Assembly (NCBI GenBank): GCA_943704425.1
Contig: CALSCP010001494.1
Location: forward strand, 86,848-150,847
Length of the DNA stretch: 64,000 nt
Origin: Ministeria vibrans ATCC 50519
Lineage: Eukaryota; Protista; Filasterea
Direction of reading: 5' to 3'
Below, in pieces: positions 34,622 through 48,617 of the stretch (position 1 is its first letter; every line of letters starts with the position of its first letter). The notes below the pieces were generated by a model, which ran no database searches, was not told the origin of the DNA, and saw only the letters and a list, made by a program, of their open reading frames with translations. A program made the translations under genes and the position numbers.

Positions 34622-35531
34622 ATGTTTGGTGATGTAGCTGTTGAACTGGTAAAGGAGCTCCAGCGAGCACTGCAGACGGGGCGAATAGGGCCGTATAACG
34701 TAGGAAAATTTGAGTGACTTTTGATCGTCCTTTTCACACTTTGCATAGGAAAATGCGGTCCGGAAAATCGTTCAAGAGATCAATGCCATCTTTGAAGAGG
34801 TCCAATCGACGATTCGGTAAGCATCCACCGGCGTTTCATCGTGTCTTTTTTCGGCTTTTGTCTTGAACTCGCGTTTTTGGCGCCATTTCAGTTCGGCCGA
34901 CTTTGACGCGGAAGACCCGGAGATGTCGTGCGGCATGAACGTGTACTTCACCTCGATTCAACGAAACAAACGCTGTGCGTTGGCCTACTTGTAAGTGCGA
35001 CAGTCCTATATGTGTGTGTGTGTGTGTACGTGTGTGTGAAGACATATACTATTAGAATCAATCGTCTGCATCAACTCATTGCCATGCGATGGAGCTACGG
35101 CACTGTCTTGCCCGAAGATGTTCGTGAGTGTATGTCACCAATGGAGGTATGCGCGTCTGGATGTGTGTGTGTGTGTGTGCATTAGAGATGAAACGTTACA
35201 ACTTTCTTTTGTTTTGGGTTTGTTCACAGGCGGCATCGTTTGCGTCGTACAACACATTGTTAGGACAGTACATTCGGTCGTCGGGGATCGACGTGACTTC
35301 AGTTGAGTGATTCAAAAAAAAGGCATCAAGAGAGAACTCACCTGGAATGCATAGGACCTGACACCGCCCAAAGAGCCCTACATCGAAGTACGCTGCCTTG
35401 TCGAGTATGGTGAGATCCAGACACTGGGCGGAGTGGTGACAATGCAGCGCGACAGTCAGCACCTAGTGCGACGTGCCGATGTGGAACATCTCATTCGCCA
35501 GGGGGTCGTCGAACACGTCACACGGGCGTAA
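34622..35531 (+). CDS. GINS1: GINS complex subunit 1 (Psf1), multi-exon
   Basis: MFGDVAVELVKEL.., RNKRCALAY, RWSYG, DLTPPKSPYIEVRCLVEYGEI, VEHLIRQGVVEH. Confidence 0.93.
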
Positions 35532-35612
35532 ATGAGAGGGAGAGGGGAAAGAAATGATGCATTGTAAAAAAGTGGTTGTGGATTGTACAGAAATTTTCGG
35601 TGGCTGTCATTA

Positions 35613-37204
<1,592 letters not shown>

Positions 37205-37443
37205 GGCCGCTACAATTTACACTGGATTAGGACCTCTTGCACTACAACAAAAAAAAACTTGTGAACTTTGGTCTTTCATAAAGATTTTGGATTAATCATT
37301 TTTTTTTCAATCTTGTGGTGTTCCGCTTCTGTTCCGCGGCACTTCTCTCACCGACAACGAATCGGCCAGAAGGCCCCCCCCCCCCCCCCCCCCCCCCCTC
37401 GATTTCCACCATCTACTGACTCCGCGCAGCCCACGCCGCAGCC

Positions 37444-40400
37444 ATGGACGCACACGGGCGTCGCGCGCCACTCTGCTTTACGACTTTGCTGATAGCACTC
37501 GTCACACTCACGAGCAAACAAGGTATTTCGGCTCGTGCCCTCCAATTTGCCCCGCCATCTCTATCTTGACACTTCTACATTGTACATGCCACGCTGCCCA
37601 GTGAGAAACGGCTCATTTTTTGCCTTCTTCCACTTTTTTCGTTTCGCTAGTTTTTATTGTGTTGACGTCTACAAACGTAATAAACTCACTCACGCGTTCC
37701 TCCTTTCTCTCTGTAGCTCTGTCGCACCCTGTCGTTCTCAGTACAGCTACTGCTGAGAGTCTCGCAGAGAGCATGTTCGCTTTCCCGCTTTCCCTGCCTC
37801 CCCACACGGGTAATAGCGATTTGCAACTGGTGGTATTTTTCGCCGTTTCTGCCGTCAATGAGACGACAGCGTTGCCGGCCATTGACGAAGTCAGCTTTGG
37901 CGCATACACGCTGCAATCGGTCGAGTCCAGCTCCTTCGGCGGCGCGGGTCTCGTCGTGTTTGGCACAGAGTACGGCGAAGATGTCCATCTGGCGGGCGGA
38001 ACAAACGTCACCGTCGGTCTGTCGTCTGCGACCGGCAATGTCGCTGCCTTCGCGCTCATCATGTCCGTGCCCACAGAGCAGTTCAGGGAAGCTGTTGTGA
38101 GCCAGGGCGTGTTCAACGACTCCGCCATTCTCCAAGTAAGTTCTCCAGACCACAACACTCGCGCGATGCTCGCTGTCTCCTTCCTCAGCATCAAGGCAGC
38201 CTCTGCAACGCAGGTAAGATCCATTACAGCCCCGGTGCACACTCAACACAAACTTATATTGACTGTGCTTTTTTTTTTGTGTGTGTGTGTACACTGTGTG
38301 TGTGTGTGTTACAGCTGACTCCAATCAACTCTGCGATTCTGAGTAACACGTCAGCCTTAAACACGTTTGGCGCTCTATCCAGCACGATGGTGCTGGCGAA
38401 CAGTTCCATCGAAGTCGGCTACTCGTGGAACACAACCGAGCCCAACACACCCGCCCTCATGTACACCATCTTCTTTTCCAACGTATCCGTGTGCGACTCA
38501 GGACCGTGCGCAAACGGCGGCGTCTGCTACGACGCAGATTCCGAGGTGACCTGCCTATGTCCGTCCGAGACCACCGGCGAATACTGCGACGAGTATATTG
38601 ATCGGTGCGAGTCGAGTCCCTGTACCAACGATGGCACATGCCACAACTTACAGACTGGCGGCTACAGCTGTGAGTGCGACTACGCCTACTTCATGGGCGA
38701 CCATTGCGAAATTACCCTCGACGACTGCACCGTCAACCCCTGTGAGAACGGCGCATCGTGCACGCCACTCGGCGGTCTCGGCGACGGCCTCATCTGCGAC
38801 TGCTTATTAGGATTCTCTGGCTTCTACTGCTCCATTGGCTTTTCCTTCTGCTTGCTCCACACCTGCGTCAACGGCGGCAGCTGCAACCTCCTGTCCGGTT
38901 TGTGCGAGTGCCCCGTCGGTTACACCGGCTTTGGGTGCCTTCAACTTGACTACCCTACGCTGTGTGCAAACTGTCCGCCTACCAGTACCTGCATTGCGTA
39001 CACTCCCGACGACGTAAGTTGCGTCTGTCCCTTCCGCTACTACGGCGATGACTGTCTCAACACAACTGCCTGCTTCGACGACCCCTGCTCTGGAGAAGCC
39101 TACTGCGTTGACGTCGACAAGGAGTTGCAAACCTTTGAGTGTAGCTGCCCCTACCCTCACTACAGCGAGCTCTGTGAGAACACAACAGCGTGCTACGACG
39201 AACCCTGCCTCAACATGGGCACATGTGTAGACCTCGACATACACATGCGTCTGTACGAGTGTACGTGTCCCTTAGACTTTGAGGGCGCACACTGCGAGAA
39301 CACCAAATCACTTGATGCCATTGCAACGGAACTCGTGGCGAACGCCACGCTCGAGAACGATGGGGTTGTCGTAGTCAATGCCATTGCTAATGCGACGTTC
39401 ACGGCTGAGTCCTTCGCGCCCTACGTCGCCCTTGTCGCTAACGTCACGCTGGGCGCAGACACTACTCTCTCGCCCGAGCTTGCCAATGGCGTCATCGATG
39501 TGCTCAACGTCATCTTCGACACAGGCGCGACCGACGACAACAGTAGTAGTGTCATTGACATGCACTCAATGATCAACTCGTCGGCCATCGACAACCTCGT
39601 CAACATCTTCTCCTCACTCTTGAGTTCGAGCACATCCGTCCAAACAGCGCTCAAGAGCTCGTCGACCAAGAAGAGCCCCGCCGTGGCTCTCGAGCGCATG
39701 TCCGAACGTCTGCTCGGCTCCAACATGTCTGAGTGCAGTCGGACCATGGAACTTGTCGACCCCAACAATGTCGTGCGCCTCACGGGTCGCCTTGTGAGCA
39801 CCAGCTCGCTCGCGAACAACCGCTCGTGGGTCGCGGGCGCCACGTCGTTTGCAGTCAGTCCCGAGATTGCTTCGGCATCTTCCTTTGTCAGCACAAACTG
39901 CACGCGACTCATTATCAATGTCATGCGTGGCGCTGCCTTCTTTGCAGGCACCGACGGCAACGACGCAAACATTGTCTCGTCCATCATGACCGCGACCTTT
40001 TCAGACCTCTCGCTGCCCAATCCACTGCCGAGCAACGCCACCGTCAACCTCACACTGCCCCTCGACGCGTCCGCCCAGAGTGCATCACTTGCGCAGCTGC
40101 GCTGTGTCGCTTGGAACTTTACCTCACGTGTGTGGTCCGAGGACGGTTGTGTGCTTGTGTCACGTGACGGCAGTGACGTTACCTGCCGCTGCAATCACAT
40201 GACCAATTTTGCTATTCTATTTGACGTGAATGGTGACGCAGCGCAGTCAACGGCAATCAATGTGGTCACCTACTTTGCGTCCGCCATCTACATTGGCGGC
40301 TGTGCCTCCGTAGTATTTGTATATTGCGTGCTCCATCGTCTTGTCACGCGCCCCCTTGCCCTCGTGGTCATATGCTGTGCCGCGTCGCTCCTCTCCGCTC

Positions 40401-41932
40401 TCCTCTACCTTGTCAACTACATCGCAAGCGACTCTATCTCCTCATCCGGCTGCTACGCTCTCGGCCTTGTCTATCACTATGTATTATTGGCACAACTCAC
40501 GGCTCTTGGCTGCATCGGCCTTGCTTTCGATATTCTGCTTTTCCACGCCCGCTTGTTGACCTCGCGTGACATGAGACGCATTGTGCTTGCTGTATTGTTG
40601 CTCCCCCTTGTCATTATTGGCGTCTACCTAGCGATTCTGGCGAGTCTTCCGTCCACCTCGATCTCCAGTGCGTACACTAATCGAAATGGCGGCTTGTGCT
40701 TTCTGCCGAGCACCGACCGCCTGTGGGCGCTGGTGGGCGCGCCGCTGCTTGTAATGATTACGCTGAACGCAGTGCTTTACTGTCGAATAGTACACTCGCT
40801 GCACACGTCCCAGACGAGACTGAGCGAGTCGGCACGCGAGAGCCGCTTGAACGCGAGTCTGTCGCTCTTCGTGCTTCTGGGCCTCACCTGGGTATTTGGC
40901 GTGCTCTCCATTGGTGTGTCACATGTCTCAATGCAGTACGCCCACTACTTGATGATGGCAGCGACGGGTGTTTTCATGGCGGTCGCCTACGCCTTCTCAC
41001 CGACCATGCGCAAAGGATTGCGCGATCTCTGGCGCAGTGCCCACAGTTCGTCGTCGAGCAACGCCAACAAGCGTCATCGCCGCGACGCGCAACCCGTGCC
41101 CCTCAACAGTCCTGTGCTTGCACGCAAATCCAGTCTGGCCCGGCGCACCATGGCCGTGCTGACCAATGGACGCGTGCGCGTAGCCGATGTACACGCGCGG
41201 ATGCCAGGCAATCCCCTGGGATTGGCCTCAGCATCAACCGCGTCCACGCTCAGCACCGACCCCAGCTTGTTGACCATGGCTATGTCACCAGGTGCTGGCT
41301 CACGGGGCACCCAACTGCATCAGTTGCCACTGCTGATTGACCATGTGTATGACCCCACCGAGAAACGCTACGTACCTGTTTCGAGTCCATTGTCGACTCC
41401 TATTGCGGTGCAGCGTAGTGCGCATCGACGCAAGAAGGAAGTACCCGCAGCAGCAGTAGCAATGACGGTGGGAAATGTGCCAGTCCTGACGATTGAGGCG
41501 GACGCCAACACACAATGGGTGTGCAACGACGACGAGCCGTCGCAGCATCTGGGACCATTGGCAGAGCAAAGTCGTCACGAAGAGGCACAGCAACAGAAAG
41601 CAAAGCGTGCGCTGTCGCCCAAGACACACAGCTCCTCTGCGCATGACTGGACCAAAGCGCGCTACCAGTCGAGCATTTACTCGATTGCCTCGGTTGAAAC
41701 GACCGTGTCGCTTGCAGGCGACCGCGGCTCCTACAACCCGCACAAGCAAGCAGTCGATGGTGTAGCGGGCGCACCGCAACACTGGACGTGCGAAGTGGCG
41801 GGGGCGGACGCAGACGACGACGATGACGGGTTCGACATGGACGACGACACGGACAAGGCTCATGATGCCATCACCATGACTGTGCTCAACCCTCGGCGCC
41901 TCTCCTTCACTGAGGACGAGCCTATCAGCTAA
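37444..41932 (+). CDS. Adhesion GPCR: signal peptide, unassigned ~230-aa beta-rich domain, 7 EGF, GAIN/GPS, 7TM, long tail
   Basis: Exon 1 MDAHGRRAPLCFTTLLIALVTLTSKQ spliced in frame to ALSHPVV; EGF array; CVAWNFTSRVWSEDGC..CRCNHMTNFAILF; LLGLTWVFG. Confidence 0.9.
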
Positions 41933-42141
41933 AAGCTGTGAGCAGAGGAAACGGCGATAAACCACCTCGCGTATGTATTGCATATCCTGTACAATTTCAA
42001 ATCATTGAAACAAACGTCATTGATTTGATTAATAATATTTTTGACACAACAGAAAGAAAGGGGGTAGTGGAAAGGATACCCAAAAAAAATTGGTGTATTG
42101 TGTGAAAAAACTGTAAAAAAAAACCCCCCCCTCCAGGCAGG

Positions 42142-42707
42142 TCAGAGAGAAGAGGGCCTAAAAAAGCGAGTGTGAGACACACACAATGAGAGACAGAGAC
42201 ACACAGAGACATAATCAAAGAGACAGAAACAGAAAAGAGCAACGCACCAGGAGTATTCAAGATGGTCCTGGCGGACATAGCCGACACTGCGGATGAGAGT
42301 GTCGCTGCTGGCGGGCCCACGACTGCCATAGTCGTACATCTCCGGCTCAATGTGCTCATCCTCAATGCGGTGCAGCAGTGGCGTGAAGATGCGCCATGCC
42401 TCATCCAGCTCATCGCTGCGTACAAAGTTCGCTCGATCACCCTATGAAAACATACGACAGAGGGGACGAGAGAGTGGGACAGCGACAGAGCCAGACATGC
42501 AAAAACAAATTAAGATGAGTGTGTGCGCGCTGTTGCTCGCTTGTGAATCTATATGGCTACTTTAAGAGCGTCAAGAATAAGCGACTCGTACGCATCGGGA
42601 ATGGTTAGCTTGTCAAAGCGCGTCTTGTAGCTCAGGTCCAGCTAAAATCGAGAGAATGAAGAACGAGAAACACAAAATTATTATAGAAAGATCAAGAGAA
42701 AAAGATA

Positions 42708-42797
<90 letters not shown>

Positions 42798-43075
42798 CTC
42801 TGATGCAATGGTATCTGAGGTGAGGCCTGGCTTCTTGGTGACGACTTTGCAGTAGACGGCCTCGTCCGGCTGCAACCGGAATACAAGCTCATTACGTGCA
42901 TTGTGGTCCCGCCCAAAGATGGTTCCTGTGTGGTGAATGAGAGTTGGAAGGGTATTCAAAAACTATGAGTGGCAACGACACTCGGGTGGTACCTGGCATG
43001 TCTTTGAGCTGAATGCGGATTTCAGCTTTTTTCTCATTGAGTGCCTTTCCGCAACGCAGAATGAACGGAACTCCT

Positions 43076-43114
<39 letters not shown>

Positions 43115-43345
43115 AGAATGAAAAAGAAGGACAAAAACGAGGGGGGAGGATTACCGTCCCATCGCTCGTTGTTGACGTAGAGCACTGCGGTGGCAAAGGT
43201 TGGCGTCACCGAGTCGGACGGGACCCCTGCGTCGTCCTTGTACGCCGGTTTGCTCCCGTCAAGACTCTTTCCATACTACAAAAAATCTATTTAATTCATT
43301 CCCATTCAAGTAGGTAAGTTTTCCCCACGCACACACACACATGCA

Positions 43346-43430
<85 letters not shown>

Positions 43431-44525
43431 TACATACACACACACACACACACTTGAGTGCTCTCTGACCTGTCCCAACACACAGTTCTCCAGCTCAACC
43501 GGCGCAATCGACTTGAGAACCTTCACCTTCTCATCGCGAATGTCATCGCTCTTCAGACTCACCGGTGTTTCCATCGCAACAATCGTAAGAACCTGCGCAA
43601 AAACCCCCCCCGGGGAGCGCGTATAAAAGACGAACAGTGTCATGATCGCGTGAAAAGGATATAGAAAGAGAGTGACCCACACTGACCTGCAGCAAATGAT
43701 TCTGCATTACATCTCGCACCATTCCAATGCCATCAAAGTAGCCGCCACGTCCCTCAGTCTACACAAAAGCAAAAAGATACAGAGAGAGAGATTAAACAAT
43801 GCAAAGGGTACTCTTCTTTCTATCGCTCGTTTTTCCCTTCTCTCCATCACGTCTTTGTTTCTCTATCACTTTGTTTCTCTCTTCTTCTATATATCACTTT
43901 GTTTCTCCTTTCTCTCCATCACTTTGTTTTTCTCTCCCTCCTTTCTCTCTATCACGTTGTCTCTCCTTTCTCACTCTGTATCACTTTGTTTCTCCCTCCT
44001 CTCACACACAGATGTCCGTACCCCAAATGGCTCTTTGAACGTGATCTGCACGTTTGCAATGCGAATGCGGTTCCACATTGCACTGAAGAGCACATTGGCA
44101 AACCGAATCACAAGCACATTTTTAACCATTTCCTTTCCCAAATAATGGTCAATACGGTAAATCTAATAAATAAACAAAAAGAACACAAAGTCATTCCCCC
44201 CACAGGTATTCCTTTGGCCTGTTCCTTACGTGATCCTCAGTGAAGAGGTTCAAAAGATCCTTTGAGAGCACACGAGAGCTCTCCAGATCATGGCCAAAGG
44301 GCTTTTCAACAATGACACGACTGGGCAGACACGGCACAAGTAGAGTTAGGGTTAAGTTTAGGGATTAGGGTTTGCGTTTCCGTATTGGTGTGTTACAAGT
44401 AGCCTGAGACGGAGCAAAGGTGGTTTGAGATACGCGTGGCCACTGTGACAAATACTGAGGGTGGTAGAGCCATGTAGAACAGACGGTTGGCGGCCTTGTA
44501 GCCCGTCTCAGCCACATGCATTGTC
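42142..44525 (-). CDS. G6PD: Glucose-6-phosphate dehydrogenase, multi-exon; 5' part in or beyond the N-gap
   Basis: [65 protein letters not shown]|[41 protein letters not shown]. Confidence 0.95.
44343..44373 (+). repeat. Short degenerate TTAGGG tract in a G6PD intron
   Basis: gagttagggttaagtttagggattagggttt. Confidence 0.5.
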
Positions 44526-44585
44526 TTGTTGAGCAGTTCAAAGGCCTATGCACAACACATCAACTGAGCTCATCTTTTCCTCTTG

Positions 44586-44695
<110 letters not shown>

Positions 44696-45079
44696 NNNNN
44701 NNNNNNNNNNNNNNNNNNNNNNNNNNNNNNNNNNNNNNNNNNNNNNNNNNNNNNNNNNNNNNNNNNNNNNNNNNNNNNNNNNNNNNNNNNNNNNNNNNNN
44801 NNNNNNNNNNNNNNNNNNNNNNNNNNNNNNNNNNNNNNNNNNNNNNNNNNNNNNNNNNNNNNNNNNNNNNNNNNNNNNNNNNNNNNNNNNNNNNNNNNNN
44901 NNNNNNNNNNNNNNNNNNNNNNNNNNNNNNNNNNNNNNNNNNNNNNNNNNNNNNNNNNNNNNNNNNNNNNNNNNNNNNNNNNNNNNNNNNNNNNNNNNNN
45001 NNNNNNNNNNNNNNNNNNNNNNNNNNNNNNNNNNNNNNNNNNNNNNNNNNNNNNNNNNNNNNNNNNNNNNNNNNNNNNN
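44696..45079. other. Assembly gap
   Basis: N run flanked by (GT)n and poly-T. Confidence 0.95.
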
Positions 45080-45525
45080 GAGCCAAGTTTTTTTTTTTTT
45101 TTTTTTTTGGGTTGTTGTTGTTATTCTTCGTATTCACTCTGCTGAGAGAGTGAGGCTCTCTCGTTTCGATGCGGAACACGTGTGCCGACTTGATCACACA
45201 GACGTTGACAGTCACAGTGTGCGGCAATAGTGAAGGAGAGGGGTTTTACCGTAATCTGTTCGGTTGACATTGTTTGATGAAATTGCGCCGCTGAGTGATC
45301 TGACTTGATTCCGGCTGAAAGAGTGAGGCAGGTTCTGCGTCAAAGCGGTAGCAAAGAGTAGGCAAAACAACGAGAAAAAAATATAGGGAGTATGAGTGAG
45401 AGTCCTATTGTGGTGATGACTGAGAGAGAGAGACGAATGAGTAATGACGATCATAGTTCTAAAACACTCAGCAGAATTATTTGACTTGACGCTGCACTCA
45501 CTACAGAGTAGCGTCTTTCTCTGCC

Positions 45526-46259
45526 ATGTTACTGTTTTGCCCACGATGCGGCAACATGCTGGTCACGTCGACGGTGACCTCTCGCACTATGGAGGACAGA
45601 GGAAACTGCTTCAAGTGCCCCACCTGTCCCTTTGCCTATCGGTCAGAGACACAGACCCAGACACAGACACACACAGAGAGAGACAGACAGACAGAGAGAC
45701 ACACACACACACACATACAGAGAGAGAGAGAGAGAGAAAGACACAGAGAGTCAAATTTCTCATTTCGCTCTTGCTCTCGTTCTGTCCTATAGGATTCGAA
45801 AAAAGGTTGCTGAGAAGAAGTTTACGACACTCAAGAGTGTTGACGATGTTCTCGGCGGCGAAGGCGCCTGGAAGAACGTCGAGACGACCAACGGTAGAGC
45901 AACGAAAAGATTGATTCAGACTTAACTTTTTCTCTCACTCTATCACTTTGTCTCTCTATCACTTTGTCTCTCTATCACTTTGTCTCTCTATCACTTTTGT
46001 TTTTCTCTCTCTATCACTTTGTTTCTTTCTCCTCTCTCTCTCTCTCAAACTCTCTCTCTCTCTCTCTCTCTCTCCCTCTCTCTCTCCCTCTCTCTCTCCC
46101 TCTCTCTCTCCCTCTCTCTCTTTCTCTCTTGTCGCAGTCACTTGTCCACAGTGCTCGCACGACAGTGCCTACTTTATGCAGATGCAGACACGCAGTGCGG
46201 ACGAGCCCATGACCATTTTCTACCGGTGTTGCGAGTGTCGCTACCAGTGGCGTGACTGA
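45526..46259 (+). CDS. POLR3K: RNA polymerase III subunit RPC10/C11, 3 exons
   Basis: MLLFCPRCGNML..FKCPTCPF, VDDVLGGEGAWKNV, CPQC..AYFMQMQTRSADEPMTIFYRCCEC..QWRD*. Confidence 0.96.
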
Positions 46260-46345
46260 TTAGTGGAAGTGTGTTGGATGAAAAATCAATGTACAACATG
46301 TGTGTAGTTTATATACAGAAGAAGTAAGGAGGAAGTGCTCGTCGC

Positions 46346-47948
46346 TCAGTCGTAGCCCTGGTTTTTGGGATTGAGGGGGGAACGAGACTGGTACGAGAGG
46401 GAGAGATAGCCGACGTGGGTAGCGCCGGTGGAGCGTCCGAGGAGGGGTGAGGAGGGTGAGGAGGCGAGCGGGTCATCGCCGGCACCAGTGTCCGTGTAGT
46501 AGAGGTAGTCAACGCCCGACTGGTTGATGGCGCTGCTGCCGCTGCTAATGTTGTTGTTGTTGCGAGGGGAAAATGGAGGTGGGGAGGGGGCGGAGGGGCG
46601 GGCGGAGGCGGCGGGGGAGTTTTGCTGCTGGCGTTTGGCGGCAATGGACGAGCGGGGCAGGATGTCGTCCTCCCATGTGAAATGGGCCGACTGGACGAGA
46701 GCCGACTGGCGCGCCCGATACCAGCGTGGGATGAAGATGACGGCGAGCAGAATGGCGCCAACGCCCGCAATGACGGACGGGACGACATACGCCACAAGAA
46801 GCAAGTTCTGATGTGCAGGCGACGCCTCTTTAATGGCAATGAAGCGCGTTGTGTGCGCGGTATTAAGTGGATTCTGTGCAGTCAGGTTCACCACAAAGGA
46901 CCCTATCAGACGACAAGGTAAGAAAAAGAGTCATTTTTCTTTGTTCGTCCCATTTTTTTTCTCTCTTCCATCACTTTGATTCACACACCAACTCCCTATC
47001 TTCTCAAACTCTTTCAAACTCAAACTCACTCACACAAAAGGAACAAGTACGTACCAGTCGAGTTGTACGTGTGAGTGAAGAGACCCGAGGAGTTGCTCGA
47101 CTCGCTCGCGCCATCGCCAAACTCAATGGTGTAGACGCGCGGAAAAGACCCAGTGCACGAGATGGAGAACACGACAACGGCCCCTGGCTTGGCCGTGGCC
47201 GGGCCAATGCTCGCGACATTCCCAATGGGATCTGCCGCAAAACATGGAAGAGAAAACGAATGTTGAGTGCGTATCATGCGTGTGTGGGTGTGTGTGGAGT
47301 GTGTGTACCGAGAACTGTGTAATTGAGGGCCACTTTGGCGTAGCTAATGTTGTTTGCGACAACAACTTGAATGGGATAGATGCCTGCGTACGGGTACTGG
47401 TACTGGGCAACGTTGGTTTGTGTCAGGCGAGTGTCGTTGGCGTGCTCGGACGGGTCGCCGAAGATCCAGGCGTACGCAATGAACGAGCCGTTTACACAGC
47501 CGTGGCACGATGCAATTAGCGTGCTGGGTGATGCTGAGCTGCCGTAGGGGGTTTCTCCTCGCAGCGACATGGCCGAAAGAGAGTCTGTGTGCGAGAGAAG
47601 GGCAGTGAGTCGCGAGTTCACATGCACCGCCGTACCTTCAACCCACGCGAGGGTGTAGCCCGTGCCAACCTCCTTCAGGCCACTTCTCACGGTGACGGTG
47701 ACATTGAAGATGCCTTGGTTCGCATACGTATACGACTGCGGTGCAAAAGTGGGAAATTTCCAACAGGAGTCAAAAAAACGTTTTTTTTTTTTCTCGTGTC
47801 GTCTTCGTTTTCGCTCTTCTGCTCGTTTGTACACCACCGCTCTTTCGTTGCCGTACCTGCTTCGACGACGCCGTCTGCGTCTGGTCTACAACGACTTTTG
47901 AACCATCGCCAAAGTGCCAGCGAAACGTGTACGACTCCTACGGGGAGT

Positions 47949-47987
<39 letters not shown>

Positions 47988-48181
47988 GAAAGATCATAAG
48001 ATCAAAACGCAACTGACTGCTGGTTTACCGCTGGCGAGTCGGTCTGAAGGGTTGCAACCACTGTCGTGGCTGAGCCCAGCTGGGTCACGGCCGTGCCGAG
48101 GATCGACACGTTGACCACACTGACACTGTGGACGAGACTCAGGCACACTGCGAAAACCACGACAAGACGCACGGGGCGCAT
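46346..48181 (-). CDS. Single-pass membrane protein with about three PKD (Ig-like) domains
   Basis: Signal peptide MRPVRLVVVFAVCLSLVHS; FRWHFGDG, YAWIFGDP and IEFGDG PKD signatures; YTYANQGIFNVTVTV; TM VVPSVIAGVGAILLAVIFI; Pro/Tyr-containing tail. Confidence 0.8.
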
Positions 48182-48437
48182 GGGCAAGGCGGGCGGATGG
48201 GGCTGAAAGGAGCACGAGACAATTGGCAGGCGCCAGCAGAAGATGAAGTGTCAAGTAAGTGAGTGAGTGATGAACTAAAGTCTAAATGTCATGAAATTTA
48301 ATTTAATCATCTATAAAATTAACATTTTATACGATCTGCGTCACGTTGAAGCTGGTGGAGTGTGTGTTTCGGCGTTCAAATTCCCGCTTTGTAAATTGTG
48401 CGGGATCAAGGCTTTGCTAAGAAAAGAAAAAAAGAGT

Positions 48438-48570
48438 ATGCTGCGGATACGCACTGGAGCTGTAGTTACCTGTGTCTGCGGCGTTGCTGTGGTCGCCCTG
48501 CTTGGTCTGGCGTACTGGGATGCTCTCCCGGGCGGCAGTGGGATGGTTGACGATGCGCAGGGTACGGTGC

Positions 48571-48617
<47 letters not shown>

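Noticed and set aside
45130-45270. Possible first exons of G6PD (MSTEQIT...) beyond the gap
   Set aside because: Plausible by position but lacks conserved motifs, so not included in the gene call.
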